Positions 8,476-18,264 of a DNA stretch of 56,098 bases are shown here, one piece after another (within the stretch, counting starts at the first letter, position 1; every line of letters starts with the position of its first letter). The notes under the pieces were generated by a model. The model saw nothing but the letters and a program-made list of their open reading frames with translations. It had not been told where the DNA came from and searched no databases. This stretch comes from Chloroflexota bacterium (GTDB lineage: Bacteria; Chloroflexota; Dehalococcoidia; UBA2979). The position numbers and the translations under genes were made by a program. Where the stretch lies: NCBI GenBank assembly GCA_009837285.1, contig VXTU01000042.1:1-56098 (forward strand). The letters run 5' to 3'.

Positions 8476-9390
8476 CTACGCCCCGCTCCCGTTTGCGTCG
8501 AGCCGCTCGCGGAGCAGCACCGGTATCTCCTCGATGCGCTCCGCGACGGCGATGCCAGCCGCCTCGAGGCGCGCGATCTTGTCGGCCGTCGTGTCCGCGC
8601 GACCCTCGACGATGGTGCCGGCGTGACCGAAGCGCATCCCCGGCATCTCGTCCATGAACCGCCCGGCCATGAACGCCACCACCGGCAGCCGCGAACCGTG
8701 CTCCGCGATGTGCTCGGCGAGCTGGGCTTCCATCGGACCGCCCGGCTCCGAGTAGATCGCGATGCCCTGTGTCTGCTCGTCGGCCTCGAAGAGCGGCATC
8801 AGCTCGGCGTACGTCGAGCCGATGATCGCGTCGCCGCCGATCGAGATGGCCGTGCTTACGCCGAGCCCCGCCTCCGACAGCGCATTCGAGATCTCGGTGG
8901 TCATGCCGCCCGAGCGCGACATCACGCCGATCACACCCGGCTGGAACGCCCGGCGCGTCGCGTCGGCGGCGCCGCCGATGCCGCCCATCTTCGACTTGCC
9001 CGGCGCGATCAGCCCGAGGCAGTTCGGGCCGATGATGCGCGCGCCCTCCTGCGCTGCGTACTCGACCGCGCGGGCGACCTCGGCGCGCGGGATGCGCTCG
9101 GTGACCACGACTATGAGCTTCACGCCCGCCTCGATCGCTTCGAGGATGGCGTCGGTCGCGAACGCGGGAGGGACGGCGACGATCGCGCCGTCGATCTGCT
9201 CGCGCTCCGTGAAGGCGCGCACGGTGTCCTCGACGGGCACACCGTGGACCTCTCGGCCCTTGCGGCCGGGGGTGACACCGCCGACGACCTTTGAGCCGTA
9301 GTCGAGCAGCTCGCGCGTCATGGTGACGGCCTCGCGGCCGGTGATGCCCTGGACGATGAAGGTGCTGTCGGCGTCGATCAGTACGGACAT
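8476..9390 (-). CDS. Succinate/malate-CoA ligase alpha subunit (SucD/MtkB family)
   Basis: VQGITG, GGVTPG, IIGPNCLG, SRSGGMT, IGGD, phospho-His motif FGHAG. Confidence 0.92.
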   Translation of the reverse strand: MSVLIDADSTFIVQGITGREAVTMTRELLDYGSKVVGGVTPGRKGREVHGVPVEDTVRAFTEREQIDGAIVAVPPAFATDAILEAIEAGVKLIVVVTERIPRAEVARAVEYAAQEGARIIGPNCLGLIAPGKSKMGGIGGAADATRRAFQPGVIGVMSRSGGMTTEISNALSEAGLGVSTAISIGGDAIIGSTYAELMPLFEADEQTQGIAIYSEPGGPMEAQLAEHIAEHGSRLPVVAFMAGRFMDEMPGMRFGHAGTIVEGRADTTADKIARLEAAGIAVAERIEEIPVLLRERLDANGSGA

Positions 9391-9392
9391 CG

Positions 9393-10598
9393 CTACGCCT
9401 CCTGCATCTTCGCGACGGCGCGCTGCGCCGCCTCGTGCATCGACACCGAGCGGTCGACCCACTCGACCCCGTAGCGGTCGAGGATCTTGACGCCCTCTTC
9501 CTCCCACGAGCCGGGGATACGGAAGATGGTGATCGCCTCGGCGGGGTCGTAGCCGGCCTCGATCACACCCTTGATGACGCCGCGCGCCATGATGTCGACG
9601 CGCGTATTGGAGACGACGTTCATCATCACCGCGATCTTCTCGACGCCCGGCTTCGACATCACCAGCTTCGCCAGCCCCGCGGCCTTCGCCACCGAGGGGT
9701 TGCCGCCGATCTCGCAGTAATTCGCCGGCCGACCGCCGGCGGAGCGCACGGCGTCGAAGAGCGTGAGCGAGCCGCCGCCCGCCCCGATGATGAGCCCGAG
9801 GTCGCCGTCGAACTCCACGACGCGACCCGCGACCCCGCGCGTGTCGGCGGCGTCGACCTGCGCGCCGGCGATCTCGAACTCGGTCGGCGGGCGCGCCTGG
9901 CGCGTGTCCTCGTCGGCGACGCCGAGGTCGCGCAGCAGCGCGGCGTGGGCGCCGCGCGCCTCCTCCTCCATGTCCATGTGCGAGTCCAGCGCGAGGAACG
10001 AGCCGTCCTCGAGGCGTCCGATCGGGTTGATCTCGGCGAGCGTCAGGTCGTACTCGAGGAAGACGCGCGTGAGCGCGGCGACGATGCGGCTGAGCCGCCC
10101 GAGCCCGCCGCCGGTCACCCCCACCTTCGAGACGGCGAGCTTCGCCTCGAAGTCCGAGAAGGGCCGCAGGTTCGAGATGTGCGTACGCGAGAGGTGCTCG
10201 GGGTGCTGCTCGGCGACCTCCTCGATGTCGATGCCGCCCATGTCGCTGAAGATGACGACCGGGCGCTTGGCGCTCGCGTCCCACGTGACTGCGGCGTAGT
10301 ACTCCTGCGCGACGGGCGAGGCCTGCTCGACCAGCACGCCCATCGGCTGCTGTCCGTTGATCTCGAGGCCGAGGATCGCCTCCGCGGCCTCGCGCGCCTC
10401 GTCGGCGGACTCGGCGAAGCGGACGCCGCCGGCCTTCATGCGGCCGCCGGTGAGCACCTGCGACTTGATGATGACGCGCCCGCCGATCTCCGCGGCAGCC
10501 GAGGCGGCCTCGTCGGCGGTGGTGGCGACCGTGCGCTGGGGCAGGGCCACGCGGTGGCGGGCCAGCACCTGCTTCGCCTCGTGTTCGTACAACCTCAT
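9393..10598 (-). CDS. Succinate/malate-CoA ligase beta subunit (SucC/MtkA family, ATP-grasp)
   Basis: MRLYEHEAK, KSQVLTGGRMKAGGV, GGIDIEE, AEINP, PANYCEIGG. Confidence 0.92.
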   Translation of the reverse strand: MRLYEHEAKQVLARHRVALPQRTVATTADEAASAAAEIGGRVIIKSQVLTGGRMKAGGVRFAESADEAREAAEAILGLEINGQQPMGVLVEQASPVAQEYYAAVTWDASAKRPVVIFSDMGGIDIEEVAEQHPEHLSRTHISNLRPFSDFEAKLAVSKVGVTGGGLGRLSRIVAALTRVFLEYDLTLAEINPIGRLEDGSFLALDSHMDMEEEARGAHAALLRDLGVADEDTRQARPPTEFEIAGAQVDAADTRGVAGRVVEFDGDLGLIIGAGGGSLTLFDAVRSAGGRPANYCEIGGNPSVAKAAGLAKLVMSKPGVEKIAVMMNVVSNTRVDIMARGVIKGVIEAGYDPAEAITIFRIPGSWEEEGVKILDRYGVEWVDRSVSMHEAAQRAVAKMQEA

Positions 10599-10602
10599 CG
10601 CG

Positions 10603-11676
10603 CTACTCCTCGTCGACCGGTTCGTCGAGGCGGTAGAGGGCGGCCATCGTGGGGTCGCGGTCGGCGATGAGCCGCGCGACGTCGAGGATGACCTGCGCCT
10701 GCTTGTAGGTGGCGTCGTCCTGCATCTTGCCGTCGAGCATGACCACGCCGGAGCCGTCGCCCATCACGTGGTCGATGCGCCGCGCGAACGCCACCTCGTC
10801 GGGCGGAGGGCTGAACACGCGGTTCGCGATCTCGACCTGGCTCGGGTGCAGCGACCACGCGCCCACGCAGCCCATCAGGAACGCGGCGCGGAACTGGTCC
10901 TCGCACGCCAGCGGGTCGGCGATGTCGCCGAAGGGGCCGTAGTACGGCAGCGCGCCGGCCTCCACGCAGGCGTCGACCATGCGCGCGAGCGTGTAGTGCC
11001 AGAGGTCCTGCTGAGCGGTGGCACGCGCGGCGTCCGGGTCCTCGGCGTCGGGGTCCTCGCGCACGAGGTAGCCGGGGTGGCCGCCGCCGACGCGCGTGGT
11101 CTTCATGCGGCGCGACGCGGCGAGGTCGGACGGGCCGAGGCTCATGCCCTGCATGCGCGGGCTGGCCTGCGCGATCTCCTCGACGTGGTTCACGCCGCCC
11201 GCGGTCTCGAGGATGGCGTGAATGAGCAGCGGCCGGGAGAGGTTGTGCCGGCCCTCGAGCTGCGCGAGCAACTGGTCCGCGTAGTGGATGTCCCAGGGCC
11301 CGGTGACCTTGGGGATCATGATCACGTCGAGCGTCTCGCCAATCTCACCGACGAGCTCGATGAAGTCGTCGAGCACCCACGGGCTGTCCAGGCTGTTGAC
11401 GCGCGTCCACAGCGAGCAGTTGCCGAGGTCGGCCGTCTGGGCGACCTCGATCAGGCCGCGGCGCGCTTCGACCTTGCGGTCGGAGGGGACCGCGTCCTCG
11501 AGGTTGCCGACGAGCACGTCCACCGTCTGCGCCATCTGCGGCACGCGAGCGCGCATGCGCTCCTGCGAGGGGTCGAAGAAGTGCAGCGAGCGTGACGGTG
11601 TGATCGGGATCTCGTCGAGGGGCGTGGGCGCTCCCAGCGCCATCGGTGTGCGGAAGTCGCGGGGACTGCGCGGCAT
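10603..11676 (-). CDS. mcl: L-malyl-CoA / beta-methylmalyl-CoA lyase (Chloroflexus type, CitE family)
   Basis: [69 protein letters not shown]; GGAGG before ATG 11676. Confidence 0.9.
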   Translation of the reverse strand: MPRSPRDFRTPMALGAPTPLDEIPITPSRSLHFFDPSQERMRARVPQMAQTVDVLVGNLEDAVPSDRKVEARRGLIEVAQTADLGNCSLWTRVNSLDSPWVLDDFIELVGEIGETLDVIMIPKVTGPWDIHYADQLLAQLEGRHNLSRPLLIHAILETAGGVNHVEEIAQASPRMQGMSLGPSDLAASRRMKTTRVGGGHPGYLVREDPDAEDPDAARATAQQDLWHYTLARMVDACVEAGALPYYGPFGDIADPLACEDQFRAAFLMGCVGAWSLHPSQVEIANRVFSPPPDEVAFARRIDHVMGDGSGVVMLDGKMQDDATYKQAQVILDVARLIADRDPTMAALYRLDEPVDEE

Positions 11677-11830
11677 GAAGGGCCTCCACGTGTCGGGCGT
11701 GTCGCGACCGCGCGGTGGGTGCGGCCGTTCCAAGGCTGCGGGCCGTCGGCAAGCTAGCGAGCGCCCGAGGTAGGGTCAACGCAGGCTAGCCGGACGCGGG
11801 GATACCCCGCCGGCTCGCGCCGTGCCTATC

Positions 11831-12742
11831 CTACTCGCGCGTCGCCTCGCTCGCGCGCGGCCGGCGGGTCAGCAGGCGCGGTCGCTCCGAGTCCAGGAAC
11901 ACGCGGTCGAGCACGGCGGCGGGCACGAGGATCGCGAGCCCGGCGACGGCGAGCCAGAACGCGTTGCGGACTCCGCCGCCGAGCAGCGACTGCGCGATCT
12001 CCCGCGCCTCGTTCCCGATCAGGTCGTCGGCGCCCACGAACCCGACGCTGACGCGCACCGCGACCGTCGGCACGATCACGAGCGCAGCCGCGGCAAACGC
12101 GACCGCGCCGAGCCGCACGAAGCGCCCGAGACCGACGGCGAACAGCAGGCTGACGGCGGCGAGGATCGCGCTCGCGGTGCCGAGCGGGGAGACATAGCCG
12201 GCCCAACGGTCGTGCCGCGCAGCGCTCAGTCCGTCGATCACCGCCTGCATCAGGCCGGCGCTGGAGAAGCGCGACACTGCCGGTGGTTCTCCGGAGGGGT
12301 CGGCGAAGGCGCCGCTCCCATGGGTGCGCAGCAGCAGCGCGCTCTCGGCGAGCACGCTCGCGCGCAGCGCCGACGGAGTCTGCGCCTGCGAGGGGGCGAT
12401 GCGCACATCGAGTGGGTAACCGGGCACCTCGACCTGCTCGCCGGCGGCAACCTGCGCCGCGATGTCCGCGTTGTGCACGTCGAGGAGGCCGTCCAGCTCG
12501 GTCAGCACGACGACGGCTCGTTCGAGGGCGGGCAGCGCCGCCTCCTCGCTCGTGGCCTGTGCGGCGCTGTAGGCCGCCAGCCAGCCGGCGAGCGTGAGCA
12601 TGAGCAGCACCGCCGCGATCCAGCCGAGGGCGTCGCGGATCCCGCTGCCGGGCGAGAACTCGGCGAAGCCGGGCGAGGTCTCACCCCACTCCTCGGCCTC
12701 GTCGGGGTGTGGCTCGATCGGCGGCGGCCGGCGCGCGCTCAT
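11831..12742 (-). CDS. Hypothetical membrane protein (about 4 TM segments)
   Basis: Several hydrophobic stretches; ATGA overlap with upstream gene. Confidence 0.75.
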   Translation of the reverse strand: MSARRPPPIEPHPDEAEEWGETSPGFAEFSPGSGIRDALGWIAAVLLMLTLAGWLAAYSAAQATSEEAALPALERAVVVLTELDGLLDVHNADIAAQVAAGEQVEVPGYPLDVRIAPSQAQTPSALRASVLAESALLLRTHGSGAFADPSGEPPAVSRFSSAGLMQAVIDGLSAARHDRWAGYVSPLGTASAILAAVSLLFAVGLGRFVRLGAVAFAAAALVIVPTVAVRVSVGFVGADDLIGNEAREIAQSLLGGGVRNAFWLAVAGLAILVPAAVLDRVFLDSERPRLLTRRPRASEATRE

Positions 12743-13248
12743 CGGGCGCGCACCAGTCTCGTGCCGGTCACCATGTCGTACAGGGGCCGGCGGAACGCGC
12801 GGGTGACCCCGGTCAACAGCATCATGATCGCGGTTACTCCCAGCACGATGACGGCGATCCGCCGCGAGCCGCTCAGCACTCCTGTCGCGGCGATCCACAC
12901 CCACAACGGCAGCGCGACCGGGTGCAACAGCAACCGGGCCGCGCGCCTGCCGGGGGCGCCCCGGACGCGCAGGCCTCGTAACGCCTGCCCGGTGGTCGCC
13001 CCGTACGAGTAGAGGCGGTGCGCTTGCCACGCCGCCCACATCGGCACCGCTGCGGTGACGAACGCGACGGCGGCCAGCGAGTCGAACTCCGGCACATCGT
13101 AGCGGCCGGCCTGTGTGCGCAGCAGCAGCCAGACCGACGCGACGGCGATCGCCGCGGCGACCATCAGCAGGAGCGCCGTCCAGTCGATCAGCACCGCGAG
13201 CGTGGCCGCGAACCGTCCGGGCGTCTGTTCGTCTCCAGCCTCAACCAC
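12739..13248 (-). CDS. RDD-like membrane protein
   Basis: RFAATLAVLID, GATTGQALRGLRV, RPLYDMVTGTRLV; GTG 13248 six nt after TATGAT. Confidence 0.72.
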   Translation of the reverse strand: MVEAGDEQTPGRFAATLAVLIDWTALLLMVAAAIAVASVWLLLRTQAGRYDVPEFDSLAAVAFVTAAVPMWAAWQAHRLYSYGATTGQALRGLRVRGAPGRRAARLLLHPVALPLWVWIAATGVLSGSRRIAVIVLGVTAIMMLLTGVTRAFRRPLYDMVTGTRLVRAR

Positions 13249-13303
13249 ACCGCGATCATACGGCTCGAAGCCTTCGCGCGGGCGCTCGCGGTACTGTGGA
13301 AGG

Positions 13304-14425
13304 GTGCAGATGCCACGGATCGTCCTGCCTGTCGGCGCCCTGCTGCTGGCCTTCGGGCTGTGGCTCGGCCTGCTCGGGCTCCGGGAGGCCCGAGCAGGCG
13401 ACAGCTTCGACTTGCTCCGCTGGGAGCTGGCGACGGTCGCCAACAAGGCCCTGTTCGCCATCGCCTCGCCCCTCCGCGACGACCCGCACAGTCAAGACGC
13501 GCTGGAGCGGTACTTCGCGCTCGACGACCGCTACGGTGACGAGGCCCGGGGGCTGGAGAACGCCGTCGAGGCTGTGATCGAGGGGCGTGTCGACGCGGCG
13601 ATCCGCGAGGCGGGCCTGAGCTTCCCGGTCCCGCTGCCCGGCGCCCTCCAGGTCTGGCCGCCCGTGGACATCGAGATCGCGCGCGCGCCACGCGTGCTCG
13701 TGACCTCGCCACGGGCCGAGATCCTGCGCGTGGACGACCGGCTCCTGCGCACGGACCTCACGCTCCGCGAGCGGGACGCCATCGAGCGCGAGGCCGAGGT
13801 GCGCGATTCCTCGATCTCGGTGCTCGCCATCCCGACCGGGGGCGTCGCCACGTACCCGGCCATCGTGCGTGCCTCGGCGAGCTACCGCTCGCTGGTGGCG
13901 ATCGCCGCACACGAGTGGGTGCACCACTACCTCGCCTTCTACCCGCTGGGCCGGGCGATCTTCAACGATCCCGACGCCCTCACCATCAATGAGACCGTCG
14001 CCAGCATCGCCGGCGACGAGCTGGGCGCGATGGTGGTCGCACGCCACGGCGACCCGGCGCCGCCTCGCCCGCCCGCTGCCGCGCCGACCATCGACCGAAG
14101 CGAGGTGCTGCGCGACCTGCACACCGAGGTCGACGCGTTGCTTGCCGAGGGTCGCATCGAAGAGGCCGAGCGGCGGATGGAGGAGGTCCGGCAGGAGCTG
14201 GAGGACCACGGGATCCGCATCCGCCGCATCAACCAGGCGTACTTCGCCTTCTACGGCACGTACGCCTCTCGGGATGACGCGATCCACCCGCTGGGTGGCC
14301 AGCTGATCGAGGTCCGTGAACGTGCGGGCTCCCTCGCGCGGTTCCTCGAGTTGGTGCGGGGCGTGACCACGGCAGCGGACGTCGAGGAGCTACTCGGTCG
14401 ACTCCGCGGCGGCGGTCGCTCCTGA
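13304..14425 (+). CDS. Exported/anchored zincin-type metallopeptidase-like protein
   Basis: N-terminal hydrophobic segment; AHEWVHHYL (HExxH) with downstream TINETVAS; RINQAYFAFYGTYA. Confidence 0.8.
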   Translation: MQMPRIVLPVGALLLAFGLWLGLLGLREARAGDSFDLLRWELATVANKALFAIASPLRDDPHSQDALERYFALDDRYGDEARGLENAVEAVIEGRVDAAIREAGLSFPVPLPGALQVWPPVDIEIARAPRVLVTSPRAEILRVDDRLLRTDLTLRERDAIEREAEVRDSSISVLAIPTGGVATYPAIVRASASYRSLVAIAAHEWVHHYLAFYPLGRAIFNDPDALTINETVASIAGDELGAMVVARHGDPAPPRPPAAAPTIDRSEVLRDLHTEVDALLAEGRIEEAERRMEEVRQELEDHGIRIRRINQAYFAFYGTYASRDDAIHPLGGQLIEVRERAGSLARFLELVRGVTTAADVEELLGRLRGGGRS

Positions 14426-17400
14426 TTCCTCTGACGGCTCTTCCGAGGGGGGCGGCTCGCCGTTCTGGACGCTCACGATCACGCGCGCCTCGGCCACCAG
14501 CCCGTCGCGGTCTTGCACGGTGAGACGGACCGTGTAGATACCGTCCGGGACGGTGGTTGTGTCCCACGTTCCGAGCGGGCCGGTGACGCTGATGCGGTTG
14601 TCCCGGCGCAGGTTCGTCCACTCAGTCGGCTGCTGGCCCTCGCCAACGTCGATCGTCACCTCGCGGAGTTGCGCCGAGAACGCGATGCCGCGCATCGTCA
14701 CCTGATCAGACAGCACGGCATCGGGTGCCGGTTGCGCGATCTGCGCGATGGGCGCCCGGTCGTAGGTGGCGGCGTCTTCGCCGTTCGCCACGGTGACGGG
14801 GACGGCGTACCAGAGCTGCCCGCGCTGCTCGTCGTCCAGGCGGACGCGCAGGGTGTACGAGCCGTCGGTCAGCGCGGTCGTGTCCCACCGGGCAAGCACT
14901 CCGGCGTTCACCGGCTCGTCCGACTCGTGCAGGCGCAGCCAGGAGTCCGGGGTCGCACCGCGGCCCCATTCGACTGCGTATGAGACGAACTCCGGCGAGA
15001 TCGCACGGCCCCCGATCGTGACCGTGCCCGAGACTGCCGCGGATGCGCCCGGGGAAGAGATGAACAAGAACTCCTGGGGATCGACGCTCACCTCGGACGG
15101 CGCGAGCAGGCGCGCGATGTTCGCGTCCGCCGCCCACACGTCGATCTCTTCCCACTCTTCGATCTCCTCCTGTGGGAGCACGAGCCTCACCTCGCGCGAC
15201 ACGAAGGCCGCCGGGGTATCCGGCGCGGCGAGGAGCCCGGTGCGCGAATCGATGTTGAGAGGCTGCCACCACGTGTCCTGGAGGCGGACGAGGTCATCCT
15301 CGCCCTCGCCCAGCACCTCCTCGGCGAAGAGCCCGGTGTAGCGCCCTGCGGCCGGGCAGTGCTCCGTGGGGAGCATGCCGGACGGCCAGCACAGCTCGCG
15401 CGACTCGACCCCGCCGGGGTTCTCGAACGTCGCGGGCGCGATGCCGAGATGGTCGTGGGCGAAGCTCATGAAGTCGCGCCATGAACGCCACGAGATGCGC
15501 GTCGAGGTGATGTTCACCATCGGAGAGTTGTCGGCGTTGCCGGCCCACACACCCGCGACGAGGTCGGGCGTGTAGCCGAACGCCCATGTGTCGCCGATCT
15601 CGTCCGAGTCCTCGAACGGCTCGCTCGTGCCGGTCTTAGACGCGGAGGTGCGGCCCGGCAGGTTCAGCCCGCCGCATCCGAACGTGAGGCACTGCGTGTC
15701 GGGGTCGGACAGGATCGCGGTTACGAGGTACGAGAAGTTCGGCCCGACGATGCGCCGCTCAGCGGGCTCCTCGAACTGGTAGAGCACCGTGCCGTCGGCG
15801 TCGGTCACGCGCAGCAGCGCCACCGGGTCGATGGTGCGCTCGCCGGGGTCGTAGCGTTCGAGGGCCTCCTGGCCCCGCATGACGCCGTTGTTCGCCAGCA
15901 CGCTGTACGCGAGCACCATGTCCTCGAGCTTGACGTCGACGCCACCGAGGGTGAGCGAGGGTCCGTAGCCGAGCGGGTTGTCGAGCGTCGTGATGCCCAC
16001 CTGCTTGTAGACGGCCATCGTGTTCTCGATGCCGGCGAAGAGGATGGCCTTGAAGGCGGGAACGTTCAGCGAGTTCCCGAGCGCATCGGCGGCCGAGATC
16101 GCGCCGACGAAGTTCTTGCTGGGATTCTCCGGCTCGAAGAAGTCGCCCGTCGCCGGGTCGATGATCTTCGTAGGCGTGTCGAGGATGCCGGCGCCGGTGC
16201 TCCAGCCCTGCATGAAGGCCGTCATGTACGTGAACGGCTTGAGCGTCGAGCCGGGCGAGTTCAGCGAGATGACGTTGTCGTTGCGGCCCTCGATGTCCTC
16301 GCGGAAGTAGTCGCGGCTCCCGACGTACACGAGGATCTGGCCGCTGTGGGGGTCCAGGGCATAGAAGGCCCCGTTATGGCCGTCGGAGCTCTCCTCGAAC
16401 TCCGCGATCTTCTCCTCGAGGATGCGCTCGGCCTCGCGCTGCAGGGTCAGGTCGAGGGTAGTGACGACCTCCAGGCCGTCCTCGTACAGCGCCCGCTCGC
16501 CAAAGCGCTGCGAGATCTCGTCGGCGATGCGGCCGAGGACGAAGTGCGGGGCCTCGATGTCGAATCGGTTCGCCTTGAACTCCAGCTCGGTGCCGCGCGC
16601 GCGGGCCGCCTCGACCTCGCTGATGACGCCGTGCCGCACCATGAGGCCGAGCACCTCGTGCTGGCGCGCGATGGCGATGGGCTCGTTGGTGAGCGGGTTG
16701 TAGCGGGCGGGGGACGCCGGGATCCCGGCGAGGAGCGCGGCCTCCGCGAGCGTTAGCTCGCTCGCCTGCTTGCCGAAGTAGCCCTCGGCGGCCGCCTCAA
16801 TCCCGACGTAGATGCCGCCGTAGGAGATCGAGTTGAGGTACCACTCGAGGATCTGATCCTTGGTGTATCGCTCCGTCAGTTCCAGCGCGATCGCCGCTTC
16901 CTTGAGCTTGCGCTCGACCGTGCGCTGGGTGCGCTCCTCCTTCGGGATGTAGACGTTCTTGGCGAGCTGCTGGGTGATCGAGGAACCGCCGGAGCCCTCG
17001 AAGAAGTCGGTGCCGCCGAACGGCGACAGGTTTTCCACGCCGGCGCGCGCGAGTCCCCGGACGTTGAGGCCGTTGTTCTCGTAGAAGCTCGCGTCCTCGG
17101 TCGCGATCGTCGCGAGGATCACCCAGTGCGAGATGTCCTCGAGTGGCACGGGGCGGCGCAGGCCGCCGAACTCGTCGATGAACTCGTAGAGCAGCACGCC
17201 GTTGCGGTCGTAGATGCGTGCCCCGCCTCGTGGCAGGTCCGCCAGGAGTTGCTCGGGAGGTACGACGTCGACGACGAACTCGTCGTACTTCTTCTTGCCG
17301 AAGAGCAGCGAGCCGCCCGCCCCGGCGATGGCGGCGACAAGGAAGAGCGCGAGCAGCCCAGCCAGCACCCAGACCCAGCGGCCGAGGTGCAGACCGCCGC

Positions 17401-17467
17401 CGTTGCCGTTCCCATTCGTGCGGCGTCGGCGCGCCCGCCGGCGGAGGATGCGTCGGGTGGGGCTCAT
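14390..17467 (-). CDS. Class A penicillin-binding protein (transglycosylase + transpeptidase) with two C-terminal beta-rich repeats
   Basis: ATEDASFY, GGSSITQQLAKN, RKLKE, YLN, GSTLK (SxxK), SLN, KTGT. Confidence 0.95.
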   Translation of the reverse strand: MSPTRRILRRRARRRRTNGNGNGGGLHLGRWVWVLAGLLALFLVAAIAGAGGSLLFGKKKYDEFVVDVVPPEQLLADLPRGGARIYDRNGVLLYEFIDEFGGLRRPVPLEDISHWVILATIATEDASFYENNGLNVRGLARAGVENLSPFGGTDFFEGSGGSSITQQLAKNVYIPKEERTQRTVERKLKEAAIALELTERYTKDQILEWYLNSISYGGIYVGIEAAAEGYFGKQASELTLAEAALLAGIPASPARYNPLTNEPIAIARQHEVLGLMVRHGVISEVEAARARGTELEFKANRFDIEAPHFVLGRIADEISQRFGERALYEDGLEVVTTLDLTLQREAERILEEKIAEFEESSDGHNGAFYALDPHSGQILVYVGSRDYFREDIEGRNDNVISLNSPGSTLKPFTYMTAFMQGWSTGAGILDTPTKIIDPATGDFFEPENPSKNFVGAISAADALGNSLNVPAFKAILFAGIENTMAVYKQVGITTLDNPLGYGPSLTLGGVDVKLEDMVLAYSVLANNGVMRGQEALERYDPGERTIDPVALLRVTDADGTVLYQFEEPAERRIVGPNFSYLVTAILSDPDTQCLTFGCGGLNLPGRTSASKTGTSEPFEDSDEIGDTWAFGYTPDLVAGVWAGNADNSPMVNITSTRISWRSWRDFMSFAHDHLGIAPATFENPGGVESRELCWPSGMLPTEHCPAAGRYTGLFAEEVLGEGEDDLVRLQDTWWQPLNIDSRTGLLAAPDTPAAFVSREVRLVLPQEEIEEWEEIDVWAADANIARLLAPSEVSVDPQEFLFISSPGASAAVSGTVTIGGRAISPEFVSYAVEWGRGATPDSWLRLHESDEPVNAGVLARWDTTALTDGSYTLRVRLDDEQRGQLWYAVPVTVANGEDAATYDRAPIAQIAQPAPDAVLSDQVTMRGIAFSAQLREVTIDVGEGQQPTEWTNLRRDNRISVTGPLGTWDTTTVPDGIYTVRLTVQDRDGLVAEARVIVSVQNGEPPPSEEPSEESGATAAAESTE

Positions 17468-18264
17468 GCGGAGCCCCTCACGCGCAGCACCAGCAGGTGC
17501 GAGAGGCCGAAGCGCCGCCACCACGTCTCCTCGGCGCGGTAACAGACCGCGCGGATGACGCGGGCCAGACGGGGACGGCGGGCGGCGATGTTGTCGAAGC
17601 CGGGGTACACGTAGCTGTGCTCGATGACCTCGAGGCCCGCAGCCGCCAGCAGCGGCGCCCAGTCGCCGGCCTCGTAGACGCGGGCGTGCGGCACCAGCCG
17701 GTCGCGGAGGCGGCGCGGCAGCCAGTTCACGAGCGGGATGTTCCCGAACACGTAGCGCCCACGCAGGAAGATGCCGTGCGTCTCGAACGGGTAGAGCCGG
17801 TTGGGCGCGAAGATCACGGCACGACCGCCCGGCGCGAGCACGCGCGCGACCTCGCGCAGCGTCTCCACCTCGTCGGCGACGTGCTCGATGACCTCGTTCA
17901 GCACCACGACATCAAGCGAGCCAGTGGCGAATGGCAGTGTCTCCCCGGCGGCGGCGACGAGCCCGCGCGCACCGCGCGTGTGACCCTCGGCGAGGCGGGA
18001 CAGCTCGATGTCGCAGCCGAGCGCGTCGGCGCCCACCTGCTGGAACGCGCGCACGTACTCGCCGACGCCGCAGCCGAGGTCGAGCACGCGCTTCCCGTCG
18101 AGGGGGGCGTAGCGGTCGATGATCCGCATGCGGCGTTGCTGGCCGGAGCGCCAGACGAAGCTGGGATTGCCGAGCCGGGCGGCGTCGGGCGCTTCGAGGT
18201 CCCTCGCCGGCCGCGTGGCCGCCGGAGACTCGCAAGGTGTGACCGGTGTCGCCTGTTCGCTGAT
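17464..18264 (-). CDS. Class I SAM-dependent methyltransferase; start probably ATC 18264 (first ATG is 18129)
   Basis: VLDLGCGVG, LPF..SLDVV, EVIEHV, RVLAPGG, FAPNRLYPFETHG; ATGA-coupled to the PBP. Confidence 0.85.
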   Translation of the reverse strand: MSEQATPVTPCESPAATRPARDLEAPDAARLGNPSFVWRSGQQRRMRIIDRYAPLDGKRVLDLGCGVGEYVRAFQQVGADALGCDIELSRLAEGHTRGARGLVAAAGETLPFATGSLDVVVLNEVIEHVADEVETLREVARVLAPGGRAVIFAPNRLYPFETHGIFLRGRYVFGNIPLVNWLPRRLRDRLVPHARVYEAGDWAPLLAAAGLEVIEHSYVYPGFDNIAARRPRLARVIRAVCYRAEETWWRRFGLSHLLVLRVRGSA

